Shown here: piece after piece, positions 17,594-32,800 of the stretch
Position numbering within the stretch: the first letter of the stretch is position 1
How the letters are laid out: the number at the start of each line of letters is the position of its first letter
Notes under the pieces: model-generated
The model's database searches: none
The model's input: only the letters and a program-made list of their open reading frames with translations
Told to the model about the DNA's origin: nothing
Assembly (NCBI GenBank): GCA_050613775.1
Contig: JBODTK010000016.1
Coordinates: 558,001-622,000 of the forward strand
Origin: Neocallimastix sp. 'constans'
Taxonomy: Eukaryota
Reading direction: 5' to 3'
Length of the DNA: 64,000 bases
Translations under genes and position numbers: made by a program

Positions 17594-18750
17594 TTATTTT
17601 AATATCTAATAATAATATTATTTCTATATATTTAATTTTCTTTTTTTTTTTTTTTAATCAATATTATTTTTATTAAATATATAAAGAAACAAAAAAATCA
17701 AGTTCATTCCCCAACAAATAAAAATACAGGTAATGCTCATAATCGAAAAGATACAGAAAAAACAGTTGAGGATTCTTTCCAAAATCGACTTGTTGTAGAA
17801 GACATATGGAATGAAGAAACGGTATTTAAATAAAAAAAAAAAATAAAAGAATATTGATAATACTTATAATATTTTTAATCTTTATTAATAAATTGATTTA
17901 GTTTTACAAAAAAAAAAAAAAAAAAAAAAAAAAACTATATCTATATATATAAATAAGAATTATTATATAAATTATATTATTTATATTATTAATATTAATT
18001 AATTATATAATTTTGTAAATATTTTTAATAATATTATTAAATATATATATTAAATTAATGAAAATATTAATCATATTAAAAAAAAAAAAAAAAAATTTAA
18101 TATATAAATAATATATCTGGAAATTGGTCAAAATAAAAAATAATTTTTCAATAAATGGGTGATAAAAATTTTTTTTTTTTTTTTAATTTTATAAATAACT
18201 ATATATCTCTTTCGGGAAAATTGGGTAAAAATTTCAAAAAAAAAAAAAAAACTTTTTTATAGCCAAAAGAGGAATTAGATAAACTTTTATCATCACAAAA
18301 TTATGATCGATTTCAATTTAGACTGGAGCATGTTTTAGATTTATATGATTTATCCATTGAAGATGGAATAAAGTATATATAATAATATAAAATTATAAAT
18401 AAATTAAATAATAAAAGAAAAAAAAAAAAAAGGTTTATACACCTCTCTCTCATTAATGGAATAAATAAATATAATAACAATAACAATAATTTATTTATAT
18501 AATTAAATTTAATAGCAAATTGGGTTCTTTTTTACAACTAAATAATTGGAAAGAAGATGCCTCTAATAATATGATATTAAATAATCTTTACAATATATTT
18601 ATGTAATTAAAATAAATTAATAAATCAATGATAATAAAAACAATAATATTGATAAATAATCATTATACTAATAATTATAAAAATTATCAATCATTTAATA
18701 TATAATTTATCTATAATATATATAAATTTATATTGTAATAAATATTTATC

Positions 18751-18848
<98 letters not shown>

Positions 18849-19632
18849 AATATTAATAATAAAAGGACCGGAAAGAATAATAATTTTAAACCCATTCAAA
18901 TCTATGAATTTATGAGATTATATTTATTTTTTATTAATGAATTTAAAGGTATATTTTTTATTAATAGAACGTTATTTATATAAATATATATAATATATAT
19001 TACTTGCATATTATAAATAATATTTTTAAATAATTAAATAAATATATATATATATAATAAATATATATCAAAAAAAAAAAAAAAATGAAACAAAAACAAA
19101 AACAAAAACAATATATATATATATATATAGATAAAGATATGAATTATCAAGAATCATTAAATTATTTTAGGAATTTATTATTCTATGAATTTGGATTTAT
19201 TAATTTTGTGGATGAGGCACCTCCTCCCTCCCAAACGTCTATTCGAAAAATTTTACAAATTCAACAACAAATGGAACAAGAAGAACAACAAAATCAACAA
19301 GATGTACCGGTATCACCCCTTCCTCCAACTAAAGATTGTAAATCTGGAAAAGAATCAAAAAATAAAGAGAAAGGAAATAATAAAATGAAGGAAAAAGAAC
19401 GAGAGAAGGAAAGAGAAAAAGAAAGGGAAAGAGAAGAAGAAGAAAGAATGAACTTATTAGCCAATTTAGAAAATACATTAATGCAAGAAAAAAAAGCCGC
19501 TAGTGAAAAAGAACCATTTAAAAATTATCCTCCACCATCCATTGTATATACCAATAAACCTCGAAAACTTTTTACCACTTATGAAGAAAATATTATTATA
19601 AAATTTATGAAAGAAACGTAAGACATGAATAA

Positions 19633-19663
<31 letters not shown>

Positions 19664-20289
19664 AAAAAAAAAAAAATAAAAATAACTTTTTTCATTACTT
19701 TTAATATTATATGGATTTTATAATATTCTATTCATCTATGGAATTACATTAATTAAATAATAATTTGAATATATTACAAATTATAATTTTATTATTAATA
19801 TTAATGACTTATTATTAATTATTATTATCTTTCTTTTGTATTTAATTATTAATAATTATTAATATATAAATTAAATTTATTTATTTGTTTATTTATATAT
19901 ATTTTTTATTTTATTTTATTTTATTTTTATTTTTATTCTTATTTTTATTTTTATTTATTTATTTATTTTTTTTTTTTTTTAAAAATAAAAGTATATTTCA
20001 ACACTTTAAACTTTATAAGAGTATTTTTTATAACTTAGTGCCACGAGAAGAATGTATTATTCATGTAGATGATCTTATCGTGGAAGTTCCTGGTAAGGTA
20101 CCACCATTAAGTACAGCAATTACTTTAGAAGAATGGGAAAATGAAGTTAAACTGTTGGAAGAACAAAAATTGGTACATATATTGTTAAACATTATTCCTA
20201 TTTTAAATTTATTTATCAATATCAAAATTATAATTAATTTTGATAATTTTTTTTTTTTTAATAATTTATTTAATTGCTATTCCATGATA

Positions 20290-20330
<41 letters not shown>

Positions 20331-20776
20331 TGAATGAAAATGTATAGGAAAAAGAAAGAGAAATTGAGCGTAAGCTAGCTGAAGAAAGAGCAATTAGAGG
20401 TAAATTAAAATTAATATATATATATATAGCATATATATATATATTATTATTATAATTTTTTCTTATTATTTATTTATAATATAATCATAAATATTTATTA
20501 TTTTTTTTTTTATTTTTTATTTTTATTTTATTTTATTTTTTTTATTATAATTGATAATTAATAATATTATTATATTAAAAATATTAAATATCATCGTAAA
20601 AAAATTTTTTTGTTTAATTTTTTTTTTAATATATATATATAAATATAACAATTATTTAGAGGCTAATCCATTCTATCCATTAAATAATGATGAAATTATG
20701 GAAGTTGTGAATGAAACAATTGCATCTATTATGTCTAGTTTTGTAGGAATTTTTGAAAATCAAGTAGAAGTAAGTC

Positions 20777-20810
<34 letters not shown>

Positions 20811-20911
20811 TAAAAATATAATAATCAAATATTTATTTATTTATTTATTTATAGTTATTTATCTATTTATTTATTCATTTCATTATTGCTAATATAACTA
20901 TTAAAAATAAT

Positions 20912-20944
<33 letters not shown>

Positions 20945-21057
20945 TATATATATATTTATATATATATTTATAGGAAATAAAAACTAAATATCTAAAAATA
21001 GCTTCAGATATAATTGAAAGCAATGTTATGAATATAATTACATCACCAAATTCATAA
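17291..21057 (+). CDS. Flagellar central-pair C1a-32/CLAMP-domain-like protein (CABCOCO1/C8orf74/CFAP119 family), ~443 aa; exons 17291-17293, 17687-17821, 18263-18372, 18516-18602, 18866-18948, 19131-19617, 19992-20172, 20348-20399, 20660-20769, 20974-21057
   Basis: All ten exons join in frame through GT..AG introns. Family-like segment LFTTYEENIIIKFMKETIFQHFKLYKSIF followed by VEVPGKVPPLSTAI and a C-terminal coiled coil. The ATG-only first exon is the least certain part. Confidence 0.7.
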
Positions 21058-21556
21058 TATTTATATATATAGATATATAAACTTTTTATAATAGTACATA
21101 AATTTATTATATTTTAAGGCATTTATAGTTTTGTATTTTCTTTTTTCTTTTCTTTTTATTTAACTAATAATGTATATTATATATAATAAAATATATTTTT
21201 CAAATTTATTACCATTGATATTTAATTAATAAAAATAAAAAAAATAAAGATAAAAATAAATTGTTAAAAACAAAAACAAAACACAAAAAAAAAAAAAAAA
21301 ATAAAAAACCAAAAAAAAAAAAAAAAAAAAAAAACTTTAATTTTCCAATCAACAATAAAAATATATATATATATATAATATAAATAAACAAAATAAAATA
21401 AAATAAAACAAAAAATTTTTTTTGAACTTTTAATAAAATAATTTATTATTATTATTATTATTTTTATAATTAAAATTTTATTTATTTATTTATTTATTTA
21501 TTTATTCTATAAGTAAATTATATTTGTAGAAAAAAAGAAAAAAAAAAATTTTTTTT

Positions 21557-24500
21557 TTAATAGTCTATTTTATTAAAATCCATCGTGACACCACTACCTT
21601 GAACAATATCTTGAATATCATTTTCATTAAAGTCTTTTATTACCTCCAAAAATAGATTCTTTGCATTATTAATACTTTGATCATTAGATTTCATTATGAT
21701 AGCTTCATTACTGTCAGGTATTGTATTAGAAGTTGTAATATTATTTAAGGTAGGATTTAAATTTATATTTGTTATAGTATTAAAGTTTTCCGATGAAGGT
21801 AGATTATTATTAAATTGATTCATAGTTAATGATTGTCTCTTTTGATAGATTTCATTCTTATCAAGGGTATTTGGTAATGGAGGAGATGTAACCTCTAAAC
21901 CATTTGTAGTGGTTGAAAGATTATTATGAAGAGAGGTTAGATTTAATCCATTTGAGTTTGTTGTCGTTACTTGACCATTATTATAATAGTTAGATGAATT
22001 AACATTTACGGTTCCATTTGGATAGTTAAGGCTAAAATTTTGTAAATAATTTATATTTGAACTTGGGATATAATTTAATCCATTGACGTTAATATTAGTA
22101 TTGGTTGAAGACTGAGGTGATATTGATGCATGATGACTATTTAAATTTAATAAATTATTGTTATTCATAGTAGTTGCATTCGTCGAATTTAAGGTTGGAT
22201 TAGTGTTATTGGTATAACTTGAATTTAAGCCTAGTGATGGGCTAACTCCTAAATTATTATTAATAGTATCATTAATATTGTTTTTATTATTGTTATTATA
22301 AGTATAACCATTATGATTCAATGTATTATTTCCTAATGAGGCGGTATAAAGAGAAGGATCAACTGTATTATAAAGATTTGGTGTTTGGGTATTATTTGTA
22401 ATAGGATTAGTTGGTATATTGGATAATAAATTTAAACTATCTTGCCCCATTAATGAATTATCAGCCATAGTAGTCAATTCTATTTGTTTTTGCTGTTGAA
22501 GTAATTGCAATTGTAATTTTTTAATTTGAACATTATATAAATTCAAAAGTTGTTCATAATTATTAATAAGATCATCATTAGTAATAGTTGTATTTAAAGA
22601 TGATTGATTCATTCTATTAAGTGATGGTGACATTGTTGGATTAACAGAAGCATTTGTAATATCAAAATTATTAGAAATATTTAAAGAATTATTATTCAAA
22701 GTGGTACAAAGATGATTATTATTCAAATGCATATTTGGAGTACTAATTGAACTCTTTAAATAATGACGTTGCTGCTGTTGTTGCTGTTGTTGTACTAATA
22801 AATTCGGATTATTTTGATAATTATAATTGCTTGTATCATTAACTGATAAATTAATCCCTTGTGGTGTAATGTAAGAGTTATTAGTAATACCTATATTATT
22901 TGTTGGTATGACCTTATTAATTTCTGTATCTTCAATAATATTTGATAAATTATGATGATAAGTTGGTTTAACAAGAAGATTATTTTGCTGCAAATAATGT
23001 TGTTGCTTAAGATTAAGCCTAAAAAAAAAAAAAAAAAAAAAAAGAAAAAGAAAAAATAAAATTTAAAATATTTAATATAAAGGTTTTAATATGAATAAAG
23101 ATGAAATTGAACATGTTAACAAAATTATAAATAATATTTAAAATAATATTATATTATAGATTTATTATAAAAATGAATAAATAAATAAATAAATTAAAAA
23201 AAAAAAAACTTACATATTATTATAAAGTTTCGAATTTCTTTTACGATTAAGCGTTCCACCATTATTAGAAGAGGAGGATAAGGAGGATGTACTGGTATGA
23301 GTGGAGATAGTAGCATCTGATAATGCTGGGGATAATGGTAACATTTTAGTAATTGCATTTATTGTTGTAGAAGGATTAGAATTAACTGGATTAATTTCTT
23401 CTTCTTCTATTTGATTTTGAAGCTTTTTTAATTCTTTAAGTGGACTATTATCAGAAGAATAAATTTCTTTTAATAATTGTTCTTGACTTAAATTTTTATC
23501 TTTTAATAACTCTAAATCTGATAAACTTGAAATATGACGAATTTGATTCGATAAGATACTTGAATTATCAGAGAAATGTTTCTTATTAACATGAAAGTTT
23601 TGTTTTTTATTTAAATTTGCACAATTATCAGAATTGGATTTAGAAACTAAAGAAATTAATGAATGATTATTCATGATATTTAGTAAGGAATCTGCTTTTT
23701 CAATGTTATTTATTAATTTTTGAGGATCATTTTCATTTTCATTAACCTGACCTTGACCAGTTGATGAAGATAATGCTAATTCATTTTCTTGAGAAGCAAT
23801 GAAATTCTTTAAAAAGGTTAAGGTCTCAGTTTTTGTTTGAGATGATACTGAATTAGAATCTCCTAAAGTCATTGCAGATAACGCTGAAATCAAATTTGCT
23901 GTAGTGGTATCTGAAATTGAATTTTTTGAAAGTCGTTTTTCATTAATCATAGCAGAATTAGTATAAAGATTATTGTTATTGGCAGTTTGGATATTATTTC
24001 TGTTAAGGGTATTGGAAACACTTTGTGGTAAATACATGACTTGATCATTATAAGTGAAATTCCTTTGAGTAGGAGAAGGACTAAATTGATAACCGGATCC
24101 ATAATTCTTTCTATCCAACGAAGAATGTATGGATTGTTGAGTTTCATTCATGATACCAGTTGGTAAAAAGTTGTTATTAATATTATAATTATTACTACTA
24201 TTACTACTACTATTACTATTACTATTACTACTAAAACTATTACTTCTACTATTAATACTACTAACACTTGATAAAGGCTTATTTATATGATTAGGATTTG
24301 ATAATGGTTTCAATAAATTTTGTGATGGAGAATTCAAAAGTGTCTCAATTTTTTTATTTTCATCATCTAAATGATTGCTAGTATCAGAATATATTTTGCT
24401 ATTATCAGTATTATCAGTATTATCACTGTTTACATTTATACTGCAAGTGTTATCATTGTTGCTATTATTACTATGGCTATTATTATTATTATTGTTATTG

Positions 24501-26041
24501 TTATTGTTCAATAAATTATATAATATACTATTTCTTTTATTTGATATATTATTATGGAGGTCTGCTTCAGAGTTTGGCATTGCTTTCTCTATTATATTTT
24601 CATTTTCATTATGAAGGGTATTTCCACTATTGTTATTATTATTCATTATATCATTTTTCACATTACTATCACTATTATTATTATTAATGGTATTATTATC
24701 ATTAACGTTATTATTATTATTAATAGTATTATTATTATTAATAAGAGTAGAATTAGACGATAGTGATGATTCGACAGAATTAGATGAAGAATACTTTGTA
24801 GGTAACACCACTGGTTGAGGTTGTAACGATGAGATTAAAAGTTGCTGCTGCGTTGATAATGAAGTATGAACAGATCGTATTGGTATACTTACAGCTTGAT
24901 TGGAATTATTTTTTGTTGAAACTGTTGATGAATTATTTGTAGTATTAAATTTAGTGATATTATTATCACCTCCATTTGTACTGTTATTATTCATTTTATT
25001 GCTAATAATATTTGTATTGCCATTAGAACTTCTTAATCCTCCTTTATATAAGCTTGAACGTTTCATAGAAGTATAAGTTTTTGCTGATTCTTCAGACGTT
25101 GAAGGTATAGGATATCCATTTTGAAGAGCATACTCGTTTAATTCACCCTGCTGCAATTGTTGTATTCTTTGCTTAATATAATAATTTTCAAAATAATCCA
25201 TATAAATACGTTGAGATTCACTTATTAATTTTTTGAAACATGAAGAAACAACTTTTGGAGCTTTGGCACTTGATTCAAAAAATGGAATGCTAGTTAAATT
25301 AGCAAAAAGGCGACCTTGTTCAGTTGTGACTTCACGATTTCTAGAACTAGTTATACGTTTAACAATAGTATCTACCATACTACCGACCAAGATCATGGGT
25401 ATATCTTTTGGTCTTTCCATTTTTATTTCCACTATCTTTCTGAAATAATTCCATATATGATGAAATGACTCTTCATTACCAACGTCATAAACAAGCATAA
25501 AAGCATCTGCTTTTTCAATGGCGGAAGGTATTAAAGAAGAAAATTCTTCAGCACCGCCAATTTCAGTAATTGTTAAATTTATTGTTTGTGAATGCTCCAT
25601 TTTTTCCTTTTCAGGATGTTCCATGAAAAGACTTTGACTTACAGATAAGTCATCCAGTGAAACTTCATTTAAGGTATCTACTGAAAAGTCACATGATGAA
25701 CCATCCATATTACTTGAAATTTCAGAAAGTATTGATTCTAAATCTAACACAGAATCTTTTGGTATAGTTTGATTATTTAATACTTCTTGTAAACTCTCTG
25801 TTTGATTTGAAACTAAAAATAAAGAAGATGTATTATAATTACTATCATTACGATTAGTATTAACAATATATTGCAATAAAATAGAATCCTCGATTGTTGG
25901 AGAATAAGAATCCTTTTCACACGTTATAGCATTTTTTGGATTAACGAAAGTTGAAATTAATGATGATTTACCAGTATGCTTATCCCCTAGAACTAAAATG
26001 TTCATATGGGTTACTTTACCCAAATCATTTAATAGAACCAT
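21557..26041 (-). CDS. Atypical Ras-family small-GTPase domain with a long Asn/Ser/Gln-rich C-terminal extension (~1429 aa); exons 26041-23214 and 23018-21557
   Basis: ILVLGDKHTGKS (G1), YSPTIED (G2), ITEIGGAEEF (G3-like), ADAFMLVYDV, PMILVGSMVD (G4-like), FFESSAK (G5). Intron 23213-23019 (GTAAGT..TTTAG) joins the two track ORFs in frame (..YNNM-LNLKQQHYLQQNN..). Confidence 0.85.
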
Positions 26042-28254
26042 AATGGGGTTAATTAGCGTAATATTAATAAAATTTAATTATTTTATTAATAATTTTTTAT
26101 TATAATTATTATTTTCTTTTTGTTTATATAAAAAAAATAATAAATAAATAAAATATACTATTGTCGTTTTAATTAAATTTGAAAATATTGATTTTAAGCG
26201 TTTAATCTAAATAATTCTTATTTTCTTTTATAATTTGCTTATTATTATTACTTAAAAAAAATAAAATTAAATAAAACTAAATAAAATTAAAAAAAATATA
26301 TATATTAGTATTATTAAATTTTTTTAAAAAATTTAACAAATTTATTAATTATTATTACTATATTATTTATTATTTTAAATATTTTAAAATATAATTTATA
26401 TATATATGAGTTTAGGATTATGAATATTTAATACTTACATTATATATAAAAATAATTTCCTTCTAAAATATATTTCATAGTTTTATAAATAATAAGATTA
26501 TTTATTTAATATTTCATAATTAATTATTATTTTCTCTATGAACAATTTTCTTTTTTACTCTTTACGAATTATTACTGAATAAATGTTTTTTCCAATGTAG
26601 AATATATATATAAATGTATGTTATTTAATTTTTGTAACTAAATTCCTAAATGATTTTTTAAAAACGCCTAAAAATTTTATTAATGAAATTATTAGTATTT
26701 AAAGCTTTGTACATCTATATTAATTAATATCATTAAATAAAATATATATTCTATATATATATATTTTAATAAATATTTATTTATATTTAAATAAAATAAA
26801 TTTATCCTTCTTTTACCTTTCAAATAGTCTTTTTTAAATATAATAATTATTAATTTGCTTTTTTTCTATTTAATTTTTAGTAATTAATTTTTTCAAAATT
26901 GCTTATTTATAAAATTTATAATTCTTGTTTCAATAATTTATAGGTCTATGTTGTATTTTAATTTTATATACATAAAACATTGCACTTTCAAGGTCTAAGA
27001 TTTTTATTTTATTTATTTGTAAAAAAAGAAATGAAAAATCAAAATTGCAATAATTAAAATATTTATCAATTATTTTTTATTTTCTTATATATTAACTGTT
27101 ACATATACTCTTTATTTAACAAAACAAAATAAAAACAAAAATAAAAACAAAAAAACATAATCACATAATATATTATTTTATTGATTAAATAATAAATAAT
27201 AAAAGGTCTTCGATAACAATTAATTTTATCTCATGAGAATATTTTTTTTATAATAATAAATTATTTGTGTGTATGTATATGTGTATGTATATGTGATTTT
27301 TGATTTTTGATTTTTTTTTTTATTGCTTTTTTTTTTTCTTCTTTATTATATTTTTATAATATTAAATTAGTTATATGATTTATTGATTATTGTTTCTTTC
27401 TTTATCAGTTTACAAATAAATAATAAAGTAAAAATTAAAAGTCTAAAATAATATTATTAAAATTAAATATTACAAGTATAAAAAAAAAGTATATTTTAAA
27501 TAAAATAAAATTTTAAATATAAAATAATGAAAGTTAAATAAAATGTTCATAATAATATTTAAATTTTTATTTATTCATTTTCCTTTTTTTGATTTTTTTC
27601 CATCTAAAATCACAATTATAAAAAAAAAATAAAATAAAAAAAAGAAAAATAATAATAATAATAATAATAAAATAAATATTAGAAAACTAAAGAATATATA
27701 TTTTTTAAAAAAAAATTAATATTAATAATAATAAATTAAAACATATAAAAAATAATTTAAAAAAAAACTTTATTATAAAAAATTATTATTTTTTTTATTA
27801 AAATTTTTTCATTATTAAATATTATAACATTTATTATTAATAATTTAATACAAATATTTTTTAAAAAAAAAATAATTTATTACAATTATTTATTATAATG
27901 TATTGTATTATATATTATTATATTTATTTTTAATTGAATTTTTAGTTATAATAAAAAAAATTTTTTTAAATAAAAATAAAAAATTTAAATATATATGAAT
28001 ATATATATATTCTAATTTTTATGGTTACATATTCTATTTCTATTATATTATATCATATATAAGAATATAAAAGGTTGATTTAACCAAAAAAAAATCTATT
28101 GTGTCTATTAAAAATATATTGTAATACATTGTTTTGAATATATTATAATATTTTTTATTATTATTTTTATATCGTTAATTTAAATTAATATATCATACAA
28201 TCGATTGATTGATATTTAAAAATTTTTTTATTGAAATATGCTTAGTTTTTTTTT

Positions 28255-28545
28255 TTTATTTTATTTTATTATTTATTTTATTATTTATTTTATTTTATTT
28301 TATTATTTATTTTATTTTATTATTTATTTTATTTTATTATTTATTTTATTTTATTATTTATTTTATTTTATTATTTATTTTATTTTATTATTTATTTTAT
28401 TTTATTATTTATTTTATTTTATTATTTATTTTATTTTATTATTTATTTTATTTTATTATTTATTTTATTTTATTATTTATTTTATTTTATTATTTATTTT
28501 TTTTTATTATTTATTTTATTTTATTATTTATTTTATTTTATTTTA
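28255..28545. repeat. Compound (TTTTA/TTATTTA)n simple repeat
   Basis: Directly visible; source of the FYFIIYFILL ORFs. Confidence 0.9.
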
Positions 28546-29516
28546 TAATGTCCTTTTACATATTTTATGTTTAAAAATTTTTATTTAATATATTGAACAT
28601 CAAAAAAAGTATTTAATCAAATTATCAAATTATTTATTTTATTTTTTTATATGGTCACATATAAACAATAAAAAAGATAAAAAAAACAATTACTATAATA
28701 AAATAAAATAATAATATACTTAATATTAGTAAAAAAAAATAATAATCATAAAAAATATAAATATTATTAAATAATAATATTTTACTTATAAAAATATATA
28801 CAATTAAATATATTGTATTGCTTTAACAGAAAAAAAATGACAGATAAAAATTCTAGTATATTTCAGACCTTATAATTTCTTTTATGCCATTACAATAATT
28901 CATATTCTATTTTCACATTGTATTACAGTTTCTTTTAGTCATAAGTATATATAATTAAAATATACCATTAATGAATAACTAATAGGGTATAAAGTTTTCA
29001 TTGAATAAAAATATATTTTTATTTATTTTATTGTATTAATGTAGTATTTTATAACTATATACAACAACATAAAGAAAAAAAATTTCAAACATTAGCTTTT
29101 TTTATTTTATTCCACCAACTTTTTTATTTTTATAATATTAAAATTATTTGTTTATAAATTAATTCACTAAATACCATAATAAATTGTTTTTTCTTTTTTC
29201 TTTTTTCTTTTTTTTTTTTTTTGTTTTTTTTGTCTTGTATGCAGAGTTTATAATTATCAAATTAATAAAAAATTTTCTCATAATACTATTAATGACAATG
29301 ACAGTAATAATAATTATTTTCTGTACATAACTTTTTAAAGTTTAAACCTATAGTAATTAATAATAAATAATAAATAATAAATAATAAATAATAAATAATA
29401 AATAATAAATAATAAATAATTAATAATAATAAATAATAAATAATAAATAATAAATAATTAATAATAATAAATAATAAATAATAAATAAATAATAACTAAA
29501 ATATATTTCATTATAA

Positions 29517-29846
29517 TTTGTAGTATATTATTTATCTATTTAATAATTATTTATAAAAACATATTTCATTACAATTTGTAGTATATTATTTATCTATTTA
29601 ATAATTATTTATAAAAACAGTTTGTAGTATATTATTTATCTATTTAATAATTATTTATAAAAACAGTTTGTAGTATATTATTTATCTATTTAATAATTAT
29701 TTATAAAAACAGTTTGTAGTATATTATTTATCTATTTAATAATTATTTATAAAAACAGTTTGTAGTATATTATTTATCTATTTAATAATTATTTATAAAA
29801 ACAGTTTGTAGTATATTATTTATCTATTTAATAATTATTTATAAAA
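29517..29846. repeat. 46-bp minisatellite, ~7 copies (TTTGTAGTATATTATTTATCTATTTAATAATTATTTATAAAAACAG)
   Basis: Units start at about 29517, 29575, 29621, 29667, 29713, 29759 and 29805; near-identical, with no unique spacers. Confidence 0.95.
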
Positions 29847-32800
29847 ATAAACTTTTTTTTGTTACTCCTAATATAGATAAACAAGATCATTAGTCAAATA
29901 AAAAAAAATTCCACCTTTTCTTGATATTCAGTAAAAATTCTATCTTTATATATTAAAATATATTGCATTACATATATTTATATTTTTCATTAGATATATT
30001 AATAGATAGTTTATTATTTATTGAAATTAAAATAATATATAATTACAATATATTAAACTAATACTATAATATACTTTAAAGTATAATGGCTTTTAAATAA
30101 AATAAATATATCAAATTAAATAATAATTTGTAATAATAATCACCATATAAATGTTTTTAATAATTATAGCTAATTAATTAAATCCTATATAATAAGAATA
30201 AAATTCTTTTAATATTAATGTACATGGATTTGGTTTTTTTCATATAAATAATTAATTTAACAAAATTTAATTAATTTATTTTTTTAAATAAACTATGTTA
30301 ACTTTTTTATTCATTATTATATTTTTTTATTTTATTTATATATATTTTTTAAATTAAATTGTTGTATTTGAAGAAAAATAAAATAAAGTAGAATAAAATA
30401 AATATGAAATATTATTACAAATAAAGTGCTTTAGTCAAAATAAAAGCATTAAAAAGAAGTGATAGAATATTAAAGATTTTTTGTCTTGTTATAAAAAAAA
30501 GAACTGCATAAAATTGTAAACTTTTTTCTTTTTTATGATTTAATACATTTATTTAAATGATTTAATATAATTAATTCAATAATATTTAATTCAAATTTTT
30601 TTTATATTAATTAGTATAACAAAAATTTTTTTTCTAATTCATAAAAAGTTTACTTTAAAAATTTTTTATCATTTAAAAAAAAAAAAAAAAAGAAAAATAT
30701 TATATAATTTAATGCAATGAGAAGTTAAAATTGGGAATTAATATTGAATGGTGATTAATAATAAATTTTTTTCATTATACTATCACCTTTTATTTTATAA
30801 TTAAAAAAGATGATCAATTAATAAATTTATAATTAATAAAGCATTTTAATTATTTATTAATTCCATTCTTCTTTAATAAAAAGTCAAATAATTTTAAATA
30901 AATTTAGCATATTAAGATTTCTGATTTAAAAATAAAATAAAATAAAAATAAAATAATAATAAAATAATAATAAAATAATAATAAAATAAATAAATAAAAT
31001 TAATTACTAACAATTGCTACGAAATTTCTTTTTAGTATAAAAAAATGAAAATTTTTTACTAAATAATTCAATTATCTGTAACTAATATGTTAATTATAAT
31101 TAAAATATTTACATATGTTAAAATATTAGGCATTATTCTAAAATACAAATATATATAATTTTTCTTATAATTATTATATATTATAATTTTTTATTAACTC
31201 AGATTGTACAGAAATATATTTAATAATATTATGATAGTAACTTAATAATTCTTAACATATACAATATTATTCCAACTTCACATATAATTAATATAATTAT
31301 TAATAATTGTTTTTTTTATTTTATAAAAAAATATCTTTTATACGTTGAATAACTAAATTATTTATTATTATAAATATATTAACTATATAATAGTTATAAG
31401 ATGTATTAATAAATATAAATTAAGACATGTACAATATTTAATACATTTTCCTACGAATGTTACTAATACTATTTGTATTAATTGTTAATGATTATAAATA
31501 ATTATACATTTGTATTTATTTAAACTATATATTATTTATTATTTATTATTTATTATTTATTATTTATTATTTATTATTTATCAATCGGTATTCATTATTC
31601 AGTAATTCGTAGTAATTACGAAAGTAGAATAATTGTATATCTATATTAATATAAAATAAAGTTTTTATATATGAAGAAAACTTTTTTTTTTATTGTTTGT
31701 TTTTAATTCTTTAAATTAAAAAAAAAAAAAAAAAAAAAAAACAATTAGAATTGGTTTAATATATAGAAAATAATATATGTATATTTTCAAATCTATTATA
31801 GTTAAGTGTACATCTTATTACAAAACTTTATTTATTAAGAGTACTAAATAATATATTTAAACAATTGAAATTCATTATATATTATTTCATAATAAAATAT
31901 AATGCAATTATATAAATTTTGATTTTTTTGATACTTCAAAATAAAAAAAAAGATAAAAACAAATAAATATATATATAATAAAATTATTTATATATTAAAA
32001 TAATAAATAAATAAATAGATAAATAAATAATAAAAAATAATAAAAAGAAATTAATAATGGATAATATATTGAGATTAAAATAAAAAAAAATATATATAAT
32101 TCTATAGTAATAAAATAAATATAACAATTAAATTGAAATTTGACACTAAATTTTATTTACAATTGTAATATATTATATAAATTTATTAAAAGCCACATAA
32201 AAAAATAAAAAATAAAATAAACATATTTCAAAATAAAAATTAGATAAATTTTTTGTTTATACACTATTAAATTATGAATGATTTGGAAAATACTTTATTA
32301 TTCTTAATTATATATAGTGATGGAAGAAATTATTAAAAACTACAGAAAATTTCAATTAAGAGAAAGTACAAAGAAAACTTTATAGTATTTCATATATTTC
32401 TAATTAATAAGAAATAAAATTTAAAATTTATATATATATTTATATATAGAGTATATATAGAATTATGTTTAATTAGCATATTAGAAAAAAATAAAAATAA
32501 AAACAGTGTTTTTACACCAAAAGTTTATAAACTACTAATATAATTAAATTAATTTTTTTACATTATAATAATACATTTAATAATGGTAATTTTCAAGCCT
32601 CATTAAAATTTTAAAAATTAAGTACTTTCTAAGGAAATGAAAATTTGGTATATAAGAAATTTATGAACTATTTGTTTTTTATTTATATATTATTTATTTA
32701 TTTATTATTTATTTATTTATTATTTATTTATTTATTATTTATTAATATTTATTCATTATTAATTATTTATTTAATATTGATTACTATATTCATTTTTGAT

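Noticed and set aside
29517..29846. Regular 46-bp repeats resembling a CRISPR array
   Set aside because: Head-to-tail copies without unique spacers, no cas genes, eukaryotic context; an ordinary minisatellite.
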